Positions 13,166 through 25,205 of a stretch of 64,000 nucleotides of DNA are shown in pieces (the first letter of the stretch is position 1; each line of letters begins with the position of its first letter). The notes beneath the pieces are model-generated. The model searched no databases, was not told the DNA's origin, and was given only the letters and a program-made list of their open reading frames with translations. Where the stretch lies: NCBI RefSeq assembly GCF_001194135.2, contig NC_068992.1, positions 8,579,165-8,643,164 on the forward strand, given 5' to 3'. A program made the position numbers and the translations under genes. The DNA comes from Octopus bimaculoides (Eukaryota).

Positions 13166-14201
13166 ATGCGTGAAAGGTCTCTGTCAAGATTCTACACTAG
13201 GCTATTTTATTTACAATCAAGAAATCTGATAAACAAGAACCAAGGACATCGTATAGATTAATGATGTCAACAATAAAATGAGCAATGAAGGCCATGGAAA
13301 AAAGGCACTGTACAGCCTTGATATAATCACCTTCATCAAATAAGTCAGAAAAACAACTGACACCAGCCAGCATGCAATGGATATATCATTTTGAGCTGAT
13401 TTTTTGCTTACAAGCACTGTTAATAGTCAATGTTAGTAGTCAGCCAAAGCAGATAAAAAGACAGTGATTATTTCATGCTGTAAAAGTCAGTTATTGTTTT
13501 GTGGATAACTAACATCATTAAGGGAATGACTATGAAATTTAATTTCGCAGCGAAAGTGTTAAAAATTATAGTTTAGATATATAATAAAAATGATTCGAAT
13601 AAAATATTTCTTTTCTCTTGATAAATTTAGACACAACTTTCTAACTTTCTGGCAAGAAATTTAGGACTTTATGTTTTAAAATGAGTGAATATTGTTTGTA
13701 GACAAGTTTAGTTTAAGCAACTAGAATTTGTTTAAATGAAATTGTCATGAAACACAATTCAGTTCAGTAGGGCAAATCTGATATCTTAATCTAAATAATA
13801 ATCTCTAATTATTATGACTAAATTAAGATAATTATCTTTGTTTTTTGGTTTTCATAACTTGTATTTGTGTCAAAGTCTGTTTTTTTAATTAAAAATGTGA
13901 ACTTGTGTAGTGAAATATAAGAGCATTTCTCTTGATAGACATGAGATCATATTTTGCTAATGTAATGAAAGGCAGAAGTCTGGATTATGCACTCAATCTT
14001 TACTTTTATTCTTTTTATTATTTACCCCCCTCTCCCTTCTTTAATTTTTATATTTTTAACATTTAAGAATCGGAATCTTTAAGAATTATTTTCAAAATTT
14101 CTTCTTTTATTTCATGGTTATTTTCAATAGTCAGCTCACAAATGGAAATATTGGACAATTTAACTCCTAGCAGTGTTGTACAATTTTTCAGACACCTCTC
14201 G

Positions 14202-14233
<32 letters not shown>

Positions 14234-14235
14234 TA

Positions 14236-14460
14236 TACCTGGATGTTAATCTGAACCTTGTTACTAGCCTATACAGTATGTATTATAAACCCAACAATAA
14301 TTTAAAATATATCAACTTTCATAGTAACCATCCTGAAGCGATCACAAGAACTTTGGTTGATAATATTTTGAGATGGGTTTCTTATTTATTCTCTAATGAG
14401 GAAATCTTTAATAATATTGTTGAATAGACATAATGATGCCCTTAAAAAAAGCAGGGATAC
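14236..14460 (+). mobile_element. Penelope-like element RT C-terminal remnant
   Basis: YLDVNLNLVTSLYSMYYKPNNNLKYINFHSNHPEAITRTLVDNILRWVSYLFSNEEIF...DALKK matches the PLE pattern FLDV..Y+KP...Y+H..SNHP..I...+S..E.F. Stop and frameshift follow. Confidence 0.7.
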
Positions 14461-15333
14461 TGGAATAGAATTGCATATTGTAATAAGAATGGGAACTCCA
14501 ATAAATCTTATTATAGTAATGGAAAATTGGTTGACAATGAAGTGAGTGGATCTAATAGTAGAAATGAATCCAATTGTATATTGGATTATACAATTGGATT
14601 ATATAAAAGTAGTATATATGAATGATCGTATATTTGTATATATATATGTATTTGTATAAATGGCTATATGTTGTTTGTATTTATATCTGATGCTATATAT
14701 ATGTCGTTATGCATATGTATGTGTGTGTACAAGTATGTGTATGTATGTCTCTATATTTATATGTATATTTGTTGAACTTTGTTTTATAAGTTAAACCATA
14801 TACTTAATATACTTATATATATATAAATCACAGATTTCAACATGTTACACCTTCATCAGCAGAGACTACATTGTCCAATGTATACTGCATTTTTTTCAGG
14901 TGGAAGAGTGAGTTGTGTGAAGTGCACATGAACTTTAATGGAGAGCCAGTAGCTGACCAGAGATGAAACACAATTGATTCTATGGATGAAACATAGCCTT
15001 TGGAATAAGGCGTTAGGTATTTACAATACTAAAAATCTGAAAGAAATTCATACAACCATGATGCTAGTCTACTGATAGAGAACAGGAATAGAGACATTTG
15101 CTGAGTAGCAGCATGGCAAGTTTTAACCTTAAACTTCTCTCTCTCTTTCTCTTTCTATGTAATCAATTAATCAATAGAAATCTGTAAAATACTAATAGCA
15201 GGATATTGGAGGGAAAGAAATCTTGGATTATGTGAAACATGCCATGAGTCAGTTGAAGTAGGATATAGAAGATGAAGAAGAAGGATAAAGAAGAAGGATA
15301 AAGAAGACGAGTGCTTTGAAGTTAGTGGCTTAC

Positions 15334-15360
15334 CTTTATATCGGTCTCTTTGCAAATAAC
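15334..15360 (-). CDS. 27-nt internal coding microexon (G)YLQRDRYK(G)
   Basis: Acceptor ccttttataattttcag, exon GTTATTTGCAAAGAGACCGATATAAAG, donor gtaagcc. Phase 1-1 keeps the frame between the flanking exons. Confidence 0.7.
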
Positions 15361-15630
15361 CTGAAAATTATAAAAGGAAGTGAAAAACGGTTTGATACAA
15401 CAATTCAGAGAAAATATTCTAACAAGATTTTCTAAGTGCTCAACAATTGTTGTCAATGTTATGACCAGTCAGTGCCTATGGTTAATTTCTCAATTGGAAG
15501 AAGTTTTACTGGTTGCTTGATCTACAAGAAATAGCAGCTAAATCACTCTCAAATCTCATCTTATCATCTTCAGAAAAGAAAGAGTATATTAACTAATGTA
15601 ATCTTAGATAATCCTTTTGATACCAATCTG

Positions 15631-15989
15631 CCAGGTTCAGTCCCACTGCAAGGCACCTTGGGCAAGTGTCTTCTACTATAGCCTCGGGCCGACCAAAGCC
15701 TTGTGAGTGGATTTGGTAGACGGAAACTGAAAGAAGCCCGTCGTATATATGTATATATATGTGTGTGTGTGTGTGTATGTGTTTGTGTGTCTGTATGTGT
15801 CCCCCTAGCATTGCTTGACAACCGATGCTGATGTGTTTATGTCCCCGTAACTTAGCGGTTCGGCAAAAAAAGACTGATAGAATAAGTACTAGGCTTACAA
15901 AGAATAAGTCCTGGGGTCGATTTGCTCGACTAAAGGCGGTGCTCCAGCATGGCCGCAGTCAAATGACTGAAACAAGTAAAAGAGTAAAA
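15631..15989 (+). mobile_element. SINE family B, 5'-truncated, in intron of the CARD gene
   Basis: ggttcagtcccactgc...gaaagaagcccgtcg, central microsatellite, ...cagcatggccgcagtcaaatgactgaaacaagtaaaag. Shared with the 21688, 30816 and 63429 copies. Confidence 0.9.
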
Positions 15990-16020
15990 TAAATAAATGT
16001 AAGAAAGGTATCCCGTTTAC

Positions 16021-16309
16021 CTGTACCATGGACGGGTTTAATTCTTTTGGTGTAGTCTAGAGAGCTTGCTAAGTCAAGCTGCCCGGATTGTCGTAGAGCA
16101 TTAATAAAGAGGGCCATCGCATTGCTACTGTGAAGGCCCTCCAAGTGCTGCAGCAGAGCTTGGTTCCGCAGAGGCATATCTTTTTCTTCGTTAATATCAT
16201 TGTAGGTTTCTTTACTGATGACACCATGCTGGAGCAGGTAATCAAACACTGGCTCAGAGTCAAGGTTTTCTATAAGATCTTCGCGATTACTGAGCTTTTC
16301 AGCCACCAT
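16021..16309 (-). CDS. First coding exon of CARD + TRADD-N-like protein; encodes the CARD domain
   Basis: Translation MVAEKLSNREDLIENLDSEPVFDYLLQHGVISKETYNDINEEKDMPLRNQALLQHLEGLHSSNAMALFINALRQSGQLDLASSLD fits the CARD six-helix pattern. Acceptor is a long U-rich tract plus tgtag before 16322. In-frame TGA TGA lie upstream of the ATG at 16309 (context GCTATGG). Donor ACAG|GTAAAC at 16021/16020, phase 1. Confidence 0.88.
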
Positions 16310-16329
16310 AGCCTTTCATCACCTACATT

Positions 16330-16368
16330 TTAGAAAGAAGAAAAGAAAAAAAAAAACAAAAACAAAAA

Positions 16369-16420
<52 letters not shown>
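16330..16420. repeat. Poly(A)-rich tract, which is the U-rich tract upstream of the CARD exon acceptor on the minus strand
   Basis: About 45 uninterrupted A plus A-rich flanks. Confidence 0.95.
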
Positions 16421-17599
16421 AAACATGCGGATAAGATTACTGAATTGTCTGGCATACAAATCAACATAGTATGTCATATAAATATTGAAATGTCATCATT
16501 ATCTTCCCAAATCCTGCTGCCTTTGACATGGAATTTTTGGCCCTACCATTTCTGGCTGTAAATTTTGGTTTGAATAATTTGACTTGGATATCAGAAGAAC
16601 TAGTATAATTCTTCTGACTATTAATCTCAACTTCAGAAATGGAAAAATGTTCAATACATACATTAACGCTATATTTTTTCTATTGTAAATTTATTAACAG
16701 CTTAGGTGTCATATAGGAATATAAATCACTGGTAATTTATTTTGTGAAGCTCAGAATGATGATTGAGAAAGTTGACTTCAGCAGAGTTTGAATTCAGAAT
16801 GTAACGTACCATAAACTAAATACTCTTAGCCAATGCTCTAATGATTCTGCCAATTAGCTGGCAGAATTAGTAGAAGACCTAGCAAAATATATTCTGGTAT
16901 TTGGTTACTTATCTTTATATTCTGAGTTTAAATCTCATCCATGTCCCTTCACCTTTCATTATTTCAAGGTTGAAAGGTACCAGGTTCAAAGTAATCAGCT
17001 GAAACTATTGTGGCAGTAACCCAGCATGGCCACAGTCTAATGACTAAAACCGATAATAGAGGATATGATAGAACTTGACTGGACTCAAGCTATGATTCTG
17101 TATTTCCAAATTAGTTTCAAAATATTTAGTAATTAGTTTAGAAATAAAGATTCCTAGCCTACATCTAGAATGGTACTACATACATATGCAAGAATAAGAC
17201 ATCTGATGGCAATCAGACATTAAAGAAACAGACCAAAACATAAAATAGATGTAAATATTGAAAAATATCTAATCTCTGAAGAAGAGGTTAACTGTCCCAA
17301 ACATCATAATCTTATTAACTACTAATCAGAGACATCTCCTTGAAAGCTTTTGTAAAAGGGTTTTAATCTAAAATATCAGGAGTAATTAGATATTTCTAAA
17401 TTAACATTTCAGTATCTTTGTCATTGTTATTTTTTATATTTAATGTTCTATCTGTATTGCTTTCTTTGATAACACACTTTCTACATATTCCACAATGTTT
17501 CAATCAAACTGCAATACTCTTCAATTTACAACATGTAATATTTTAAAAGAATTAAAAAATGATGGATACTTTTATATTATAAGAATGTATGATCTTTGA

Positions 17600-17796
17600 C
17601 CCTTTAGCATTCAGATTCCTCTGTCAAATCTAATGCTAATTTACTCACATTATTTTGATTTTATACCTGTCTTGTAGCCTTGAAGTTTTGATGATGAGAC
17701 TGTATTTTTAGGGCTAGCATGAGAGGCCAGATCAGGCCAGTTTGAACAAAAAACAGAACATTTGGGCTGGATATGGCCAGTTTAAATGCTAAAGGG
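17600..17796. mobile_element. piggyBac-type MITE (second family)
   Basis: TIRs CCCTTTAGCATT...AATGCTAAAGGG. Degenerate TTAA flanks (ttga / ttag). Confidence 0.75.
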
Positions 17797-19444
17797 TTAG
17801 GAAAACATTTCTTTAGATCATACTTTGCATATTGGAAAATATGTTAGATCATTAATTCATCAGAGTTACAAGAAATGAGACACTCATTACTGAATTTCTT
17901 CACTCAATATGTATTCTCACAGAAATATAGATTGGAGAATCTCTTCATGAGTATTTAGATTTTCTATAGCATTCACCCAGTTCACATAACATACATTTTA
18001 CTCTGGTTTTTCTATCACGATCATTCAGCACTTACTTCACCTGTTTCACCCTCATTTCTCTAGCAATCAAATAGGTTTAAATATCTGTTTCAATCTAGGT
18101 TCTGTAGTATTAATTCAGGCTTTAACTTGCCTGCTTCATTGTATTTAATACTGTATTAAACAGATGAGAAAAAAAATTACTGCCAAGATATGAGACAAGT
18201 TTATTAAAGGTAGCTTTCACATAATAAAAATCAAGTAATTAATATGAAAACTAAATAAATTGAGCCATAGCTACACATCTGCTAGAGGAATATAAAAACA
18301 GACAATAGTCTGCAGAGACAGATCAATAGATGTAAACTTCACAACTACAACCATGATCCTGACATAGAAATGCTGTAATCATTGAAGAGTATGTTTATTG
18401 AACACGCTGGCATGAATCAGCCAACTAGATTGTAGCAAGGCTACAAAATGTGAAAATGATGTAAAGCTTCCAAAGAAATGTATGGCTTAGTTAGCAGAAG
18501 GGCAAACATCCATAAGCTAGAGGGGGACCTCTAAAATGGTAGGAGTTAGAAATAGATAAATAAATAAATAAAATAAAACAACTCGTGATTCTTCTCAGAA
18601 TGGAAATGTGGTCCAAATGCTTGCAACAAAGTGGACCCTACTAAAGGCATCTAAGGGTAAGGGGTAAAGTTAACTACAAGAACAAGAACAAGCCATCTGA
18701 CTGGCTTTCACAGTTTCTCTCTATCTAATTTTACTCACAAAGTCTGTATCAATCTGAGGCTTATGATTGAAAAACACTAGCCCAAGATGCAGCATAATAG
18801 GATTGAACTAGGAACCATAGGATTGTGAAGTGAATGCCTTAATCACATGACAATACTTGCAGTGAAAATGTTTCCTAACATGGATTAGTATTAAATGTCT
18901 AATGGCTTAGGCTGTTACCGTTATCAGAGTAGCCCTTATCAGTTCTGCTAAAACAGATTTATGGGCCAGAAATAAATTGGTTAAGCATTTGTGGCTAATC
19001 CACAGTTCTTGCACCAATCTATTCTGGGCACATTCTGTAGTGTTCAAAATATAGAAGTCACAGCAGACAAATATCCATAAATATGTATATGGAGCGAAAA
19101 AAAACAATATGTTTAATAAGCATTTATTTAGCCTTCTGTTATGATATTAAGTTCTATGGTTAAACAGGAGGGTTTTTCATCCAATCTGCTTTTATAAGAT
19201 TGATGATTTTGATAGTAGCCCCAGGGAAATGGACAAGTGGAACTTATTCCAATGTGAGAGTCTCATAAGTTTCCATGAGATTACCTGGAAGCAATTGGAA
19301 GCTCTATATGGAGTTTGCAATCAATATTTTGCTATTACTTTGGTGGGTGGATTCAATGGAATGACAGTATTTAACAGATGACTGGTGATATATGAGTACA
19401 TTTATTCACACAACAAAATTTCAAATGTTATTTTTCAAATTTAC

Positions 19445-19551
19445 CTTGAAAGGAAATATCAGTGACCTCCAACAAAATCACACTCAGTTTATTCACTGTT
19501 GATTGTGGAATTTTGTTGATTCTGTCTTTTCAAGGAACATTGGTGCAGAAC
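19445..19551 (-). other. Candidate non-coding 5'UTR exon of the CARD gene
   Basis: Acceptor ttttttattgtag, 107 nt, donor AAG|GTAAAT. Same strand as the CARD gene and upstream of its first coding exon. Confidence 0.45.
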
Positions 19552-20129
19552 CTACAATAAAAAAATTTGACACAAATATAACCACTGCTTATATAAATAA
19601 AAACACTTCACTGAAGTAATACAGAAATATTGTTTTTAAACAATTGGTCAAGTCATTAATTTTGTTTCGTGTTTTTTTTTTTATCACCTCGATTTGTGAT
19701 TCACACGCTCTCTAAGAAAGTAGGCCAATATACTAAAGATTAGTTTAAGCTGAGACATGATCAGAAGTCAACAAGAGGATGACCAAATGTTGGAAAGGGT
19801 CATTAAGTTTGTTAAAATAAAACCTACTTTAATTCACTGATGCTACGTGGTTGAACAGACTTCCTGTAACATCATCTTTATTTTTATCATTGTTAAAAAT
19901 TAACTCATGGTTCTTGTTCACTGACTCACATGTCATATTAATCATTCTACTCTTGTTCTTGTTCAGTCCCAGGTCAGCCCTGATTAAGTAGGCCCATGAT
20001 TAAGACATTCCAGCCGTGACAGTATTTATGACTACACTATCCAATGTGTCCCTCCATTTTTAAGATGGTAGAGAAAAATCTGCTATTTCTAGCAAACTGA
20101 GTGACCACTTAAAGACTCCCTTGACTCAC

Positions 20130-20199
20130 CTACGTAAATTCTCAGCCTCTCACTCAGTTTTTGTAATGTCCTTGTGTATATGTACAGTACAATAACTCC
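20130..20199 (-). other. Candidate non-coding 5'UTR exon
   Basis: Strong donor TAG|GTGAGT at 20130/20129. The acceptor (gtgtttacacag) is weaker. Confidence 0.3.
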
Positions 20200-21687
20200 C
20201 TGTGTAAACACATTCAATTGAGCACACCTCTGGTATTCAAAACAGCAGCACAAGCAAATAATAAGAATAATAAGAATAATGATGATGATGATGATGATGA
20301 TAATTTGAAAAGAAAACTTTCAGCAGTTTACGTGAGGTCTTATATTGAAAGTTATGTTATGTCATTATCAAGGAGTGTACCCAGTCCAACTATTTATTCA
20401 TAGCTGACCTATTTGTTATCACATAGAAGTACTCTAAAATACACGAGTGACCTGGTCAACAGAACAACAAAGAAAAAACAAGGCAATTAAATAATCAATA
20501 AAACAATTAAAAATATACATGAAAAAACTATGTTATATGAATAGTTCTATTCTTGAATTACATACTACATTGAAATAATTAACATATATTGGAGCCAATG
20601 AGGAGGGAACTCCCTACGTGGTTGCTCAATCTGCTAGAAATAGTAACCAAATTTCCTTCACATTTCACAATAACATCTTAAAGATGGAAAACACATTGAA
20701 TAATATAGTCTGGGGTGCATTAAATTGAAGAATAAATGGTAACAACTGAAATGCTTTTGAATCTGAGGGCTACAAGATCCAGACTGGCATGGGGTTAAGC
20801 AACAACCTTACATATATGCAGAGCTATATTTGATGTAGCCTTGAACTTATGGTCAATAAATATCTACAGTACAATTAATAAATGTCAAAAAGTAAAAAAA
20901 AAAAATTTTAAAAAGTGGAGCCAACACTCAAACCAGCTTTTAGTATTTTATATGTGAACGAAAAGAAATTATTCTAACTGTAATGGCAACTAAAACAAAT
21001 AAGCTTTCAGACACTATGTATTATGAATGGAAAGAGCTTCTGGAAAATGACAAAGTTGTCCTTCAACTTATTTTTCTCTGTATCCTACAAATAAGTGTTT
21101 TCTTAAGATGTACTTCTACTCACTTTGTCAAGTCACTGGTGAATGCTACTGGTAAAATGTAATCCAGTACAATGTGCTGTGTAGTTGGGTCATAAGAGAC
21201 CAAACCAGAACTACCACCAGTCTAGTCTGGTGAGAAAGGTCGGACCAGAAAATTTGATAAACATTGAAATGGACTACATAAGTATGCTGTCAGGACAACC
21301 CTTGATCTGAGAACTGCAGAAAACAACTAAAGAAGAGCTAAGCTATCAAGAGACCGTTATACTTTACATTCACTGATCTAAAGAAGAACTTTGGTAAAGC
21401 CTTTTGCTGTGCAGTCAGGTGAGTGTGGAGAAAAGTAAGTAGAGATGTAAAGAATTTAGTCTACAAACAGGTGTTGACCATCATGTTATCCTCAGCTTTT
21501 TGCTATTTGGTTGTTGTTCTTGGGTCAGTAACACAAGAACTCAAGACTAAAAGTCTGTGGAGATTTTAGCCTTGAATTGCAGGAAATATTCATTTCAGAC
21601 ATGCAAGGATAATTAAAAGTTCAAAGGACTCAATGCCAACATAGCAAAACCAAAGTTTTAAGTAGTAAAAAAAACTCATGCTCCATT

Positions 21688-21912
21688 CAGGAGTGGCTGT
21701 GTGGTAAGTAGCTTGCTTACCAACCACATGGTTCTGGGTTCATTCCCACTGCGTGGCACCTTAGGCAAGTGTCTTCTACTATAGCCTCGGGCTGACCAAA
21801 GCCTTGTGAGTGGATTTGGTTGACGGAAACTGAAAGAAGCCCGTCGTATATATATGTATATATATATGTATGTATTTGTTTGTATGTCTGTGTTTGTCCC
21901 CCCCCCCCAACA
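21688..21912 (+). mobile_element. SINE family B, 3'-truncated
   Basis: Head ggagtggctgtgtggtaagtagcttgc... colinear with the other B copies. Confidence 0.9.
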
Positions 21913-22009
21913 TGGCGAAGCTGTTCATATCTAGATTTAGCTAAAGAACTTTATTGAAGAATTTTTTGTATCCTTAGCAACAGATTTTTGCATTAAACCC
22001 TAACAAGAC

Positions 22010-22330
22010 AGATGTCTCCAAACATCTTTCAGGTGAGATGGCAAGAAAGACTCGCAAACAAAGCTTTGTGGAAAGAGGCAAACCAGTAACCTATCGAAAC
22101 CTAGATTGAGAGAGGAAATGGTAAGCCGCCTGATGGACAATCTAAAAGAGATGCAAGAGTAGCAATGGTGAAGATCCCTGAACTGAAGCTCTGGTTAGCA
22201 ATTACACCTTGCCACAATGGCAACCCAACTGCCAAATACTGAGACTAATCGAGATGTCTTATTGGCATCTATACTCTGCATGGAGGACGAGGATGAAGAC
22301 GATGATTAGATGTAGGTAGGTGGAAATGTA
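22010..22330 (+). mobile_element. RTE ORF2 C-terminal remnant
   Basis: QVRWQERLANKALWKEANQ*PIET resembles RIRWPETISNEELWRRTNQEPIET. Decayed gatga tail near 22290-22310. Confidence 0.55.
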
Positions 22331-22669
22331 CAAGACGGACACAAAAAGAAATTGTCAATGAAATTATATTTGCCTCTTATTGGATTTTTCTGATTTGGCA
22401 GGCACCACTTGTTTTCTTAACGAAACACTTTCAAACTTGGGAGACTGGTAGAATGTGTCATATAAAACATCTTTTACTCTTAGTGTTATTGAGAAAATTT
22501 TATCTTTTTAAAGCTATTTCGTGTTAAAATTGTCGTATTTCGGTAATTTATACCACTCACTGACGTCTATTGAGGTGAAAACAATTACTGCTATGGAATG
22601 TAAACAAGACGTTCTAGCGGTGTAATTGGATCTTTCCCCTTGAATAAAGTGCGTTTGTACTGGTTTTAG

Positions 22670-22714
22670 CTAACCCTAACCCTATCTCTAAAACTCGAAC
22701 CCTAACCCTAACCC
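22670..22714 (-). repeat. Interstitial (CCCTAA)n-like repeat
   Basis: ctaaccctaaccctatctctaaaactcgaaccctaaccctaaccct. Confidence 0.8.
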
Positions 22715-22859
22715 TCTTATTTGGAGAAAGAAAGCAAAAAAGTCTAGCAGAAGAGTGTAATAACTTTAAATGAAAATTACAAATTAAGGTTTCAAATTTC
22801 AAATTTTGCAAATTTCAGATTTGGTATAATAATGGTTTCAAATTTGAAAATAAATCGTC

Positions 22860-23650
22860 TTACAGTAAAAATGTAACAAACACATGTAAAGTTTGTCTTA
22901 GAAGCATATATTATATTTTCAACACGGACGCATGCACACCAAAACAAAACAAACGCAGCGAAGAAAAAGAGTAATCCAGTTAACAACAAATAAAATATGA
23001 ATGGAATGGTTGACGACTATGGTAGAAATAATCAAAGGAATTTCTTAAAATAAGGTATGTCCGTGTGTCGATAATAGATGTTGAGTTGTAACGTTTGAGG
23101 GCAAAAGATGGTAAAGGTGAATTTCTTTGAAGAGAAATATCCAAGGAAAATCCGATTTCTATTTATCAAAATGAAAGGTGTGTGTGGAGGGAGAAAGAAA
23201 GAGAGGGGGAGAGAAGAAGAAGAAGAAGAAGAAGAAGAAGAAGAAGAAGAAGAAGAAGAAGAAGAAGAAGAAGAAGAAGAAGAAGAAGAAGAAGAAGAGA
23301 ATAGAATAGATACATCGAAAGTGAAGTGCTTTTCTTTTTTTCTCCACTGAATGCTCTCGTTCTGTAAGATGTTCATTATTAAATACTTTCGTTCTGTTCT
23401 TCGAAATCATTCCAACGAATTTCAAGTTGATAACCAATAATATCAATCACTGTTACAGGAACGAAATGGTATTTCTAGAAACATGCATTGCGTATGCGGC
23501 GAAGTGAAAGGGGATGCAAAAATAATACAATTTATGTTGCTATGGATACTTGAAATAACTGTTCCCTCTAAACTGTGCGCGCGCGCCCTTTTTGCAATCG
23601 GTATGCAAAAAAAAGAAAAAAAAATATTAATGGGCATTCTTATATTATAC
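22860..23650. promoter_or_regulatory. Putative CpG-rich, possibly bidirectional promoter region
   Basis: CpG density rises abruptly from about 22.5 kb (judged by eye). Contains GCGC-type motifs (ggacgcatgc ~22926, tgcgcgcgcgc ~23576) and outward-facing donor-like sites: minus ACT|GTAAGA at 22864 and plus AAG|GTATGT at ~23053. Confidence 0.4.
23212..23298. repeat. (GAA)n microsatellite
   Basis: Direct reading. Source of the poly-E, poly-S and poly-F ORFs on the track. Confidence 0.98.
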
Positions 23651-25094
23651 ATTCAGTGTGTACAGTTTTTATCACAGGATAACTTTTGCATAGCGTAAGA
23701 TTTCTGTGAACATTGGGCTACTAAAAATTGGAGGAACATAACAATCTCTTGTGACAGATTAGTCGGAATTACTTGTATAAGAGCTATACAATAGTAGCCC
23801 GTATTTTATCGAAGGAAAGTTACTCTATATTGATGATAAACTGGGTGAAAACAGCGGTAAATATGTTGGATAAATCCTTAATTTTCAAACGAAAATGTTA
23901 AAATAGACAAGTATCACAGTATTATTATTTTTTTTTTTGAGCTCTAAATTTCACGAAATAATAATAAAAAACAACTTTCATTTTTTTTTTTCATGTGTCG
24001 ATACTTAAGATCTGTCAACAAGTAAATTTAAACTTATTGACTGACCTATCGAAGTTCAAAGGTTATACTGGCTTTTACCTTGACCCTACGAACCAATTGA
24101 GCACCTCTACATGGTCACTTGATCAGCCAGTAAAAGTAGCCAAATTTCCCTAAAAGCTCATACTACACATCATAAAAAGGGAAAGAAAAAAAAACCTTAA
24201 ATAATGTAAAATAAAAAAAAAACGAAACAAAAACAAACCCTGATTAATATTCTTACAAAGAGTATGCGCGAATAAAATACGGGTGCTAACAAGCAGGGAT
24301 ACAGCCACCACCCCCTTTTTTTTAGTATCGAACCATCAAGCTCAGTAGGATGACGGGCATTTGCCTAGTTCCCATCTACAAATTTCACTCGTACTTGCCC
24401 AAAATACCTCACAGTAGGATCGAACCGGTAACTACGTGATTCTGGAGGGGGGCTTCTTAATTACTGTAACTTCTGACTGCAGATACGACAAGGGCTAACT
24501 TAAAAGCTAAACCACAACCTCCGACATACACCCCAGTCAACGGAACTGAGATAGAAACGGCCCCCACTTCATAAGTGATCGTTAATGTCAAAGGGGTAGA
24601 GTTAGCGGGGCAAATATAAAATACGTCAGGTAAGGATATACTTTGTTCTTACAACAGAATTTAATATGGACCACCACTGGATGTATTATTTTCTAAAAAC
24701 CAAGTTAAGTCCAACGTTGAAGAAGACAACTTGACGTTAAAGACATTGACTAAGGTATAAAATAAATCAGACAATTCTCAATTATTATTCCGAGGACGAC
24801 TTAAACAGATACCAATCAAAGTACTGGGTCGATATATTTGACAGTACTTTCCTTTAAATTTTTTGGGTTTTGTACCCAGAACTATTAAAAGAAATTATTC
24901 TACAACGCAAGAACTCCACATCAAAAACACCACGTTCACCTTCTCCCAGAAAGCCACGGGGTTTACAGTGGTGAGAAGATCCATTAAAGATCTGGTGAAC
25001 CTCTTGAATGATATATTGGAGGAGTACGAAATGGTAAGAAGGTGGATCGTAGCGATGGAGGAAGAATATAAAGAACATTCTGAATTATGCCCAG

Positions 25095-25205
25095 TCTTTC
25101 CCACCAGAACATCAACCCTCTGGAAGCTTCTCCCAGCTCATATTTTTCCTGCAAGTGTTGACCTACGTTAGTTTAAACGGAACATTAACAGTGTCAAACT
25201 TACCG
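25095..25205 (+). mobile_element. CR1/L2-type ORF2 extreme C-terminus
   Basis: FPTRTSTLWKLLPAHIFPASVDLR*FKRNIN resembles FFPRTSRLWNSLPASVFPxSYNLxSFKSRIN. Confidence 0.65.

Noticed and set aside
23032-23446. Poly-S, poly-E and poly-F ORFs, plus the YI/HT/LS/poly-I ORFs elsewhere on the track
   Set aside because: Translations of microsatellites.
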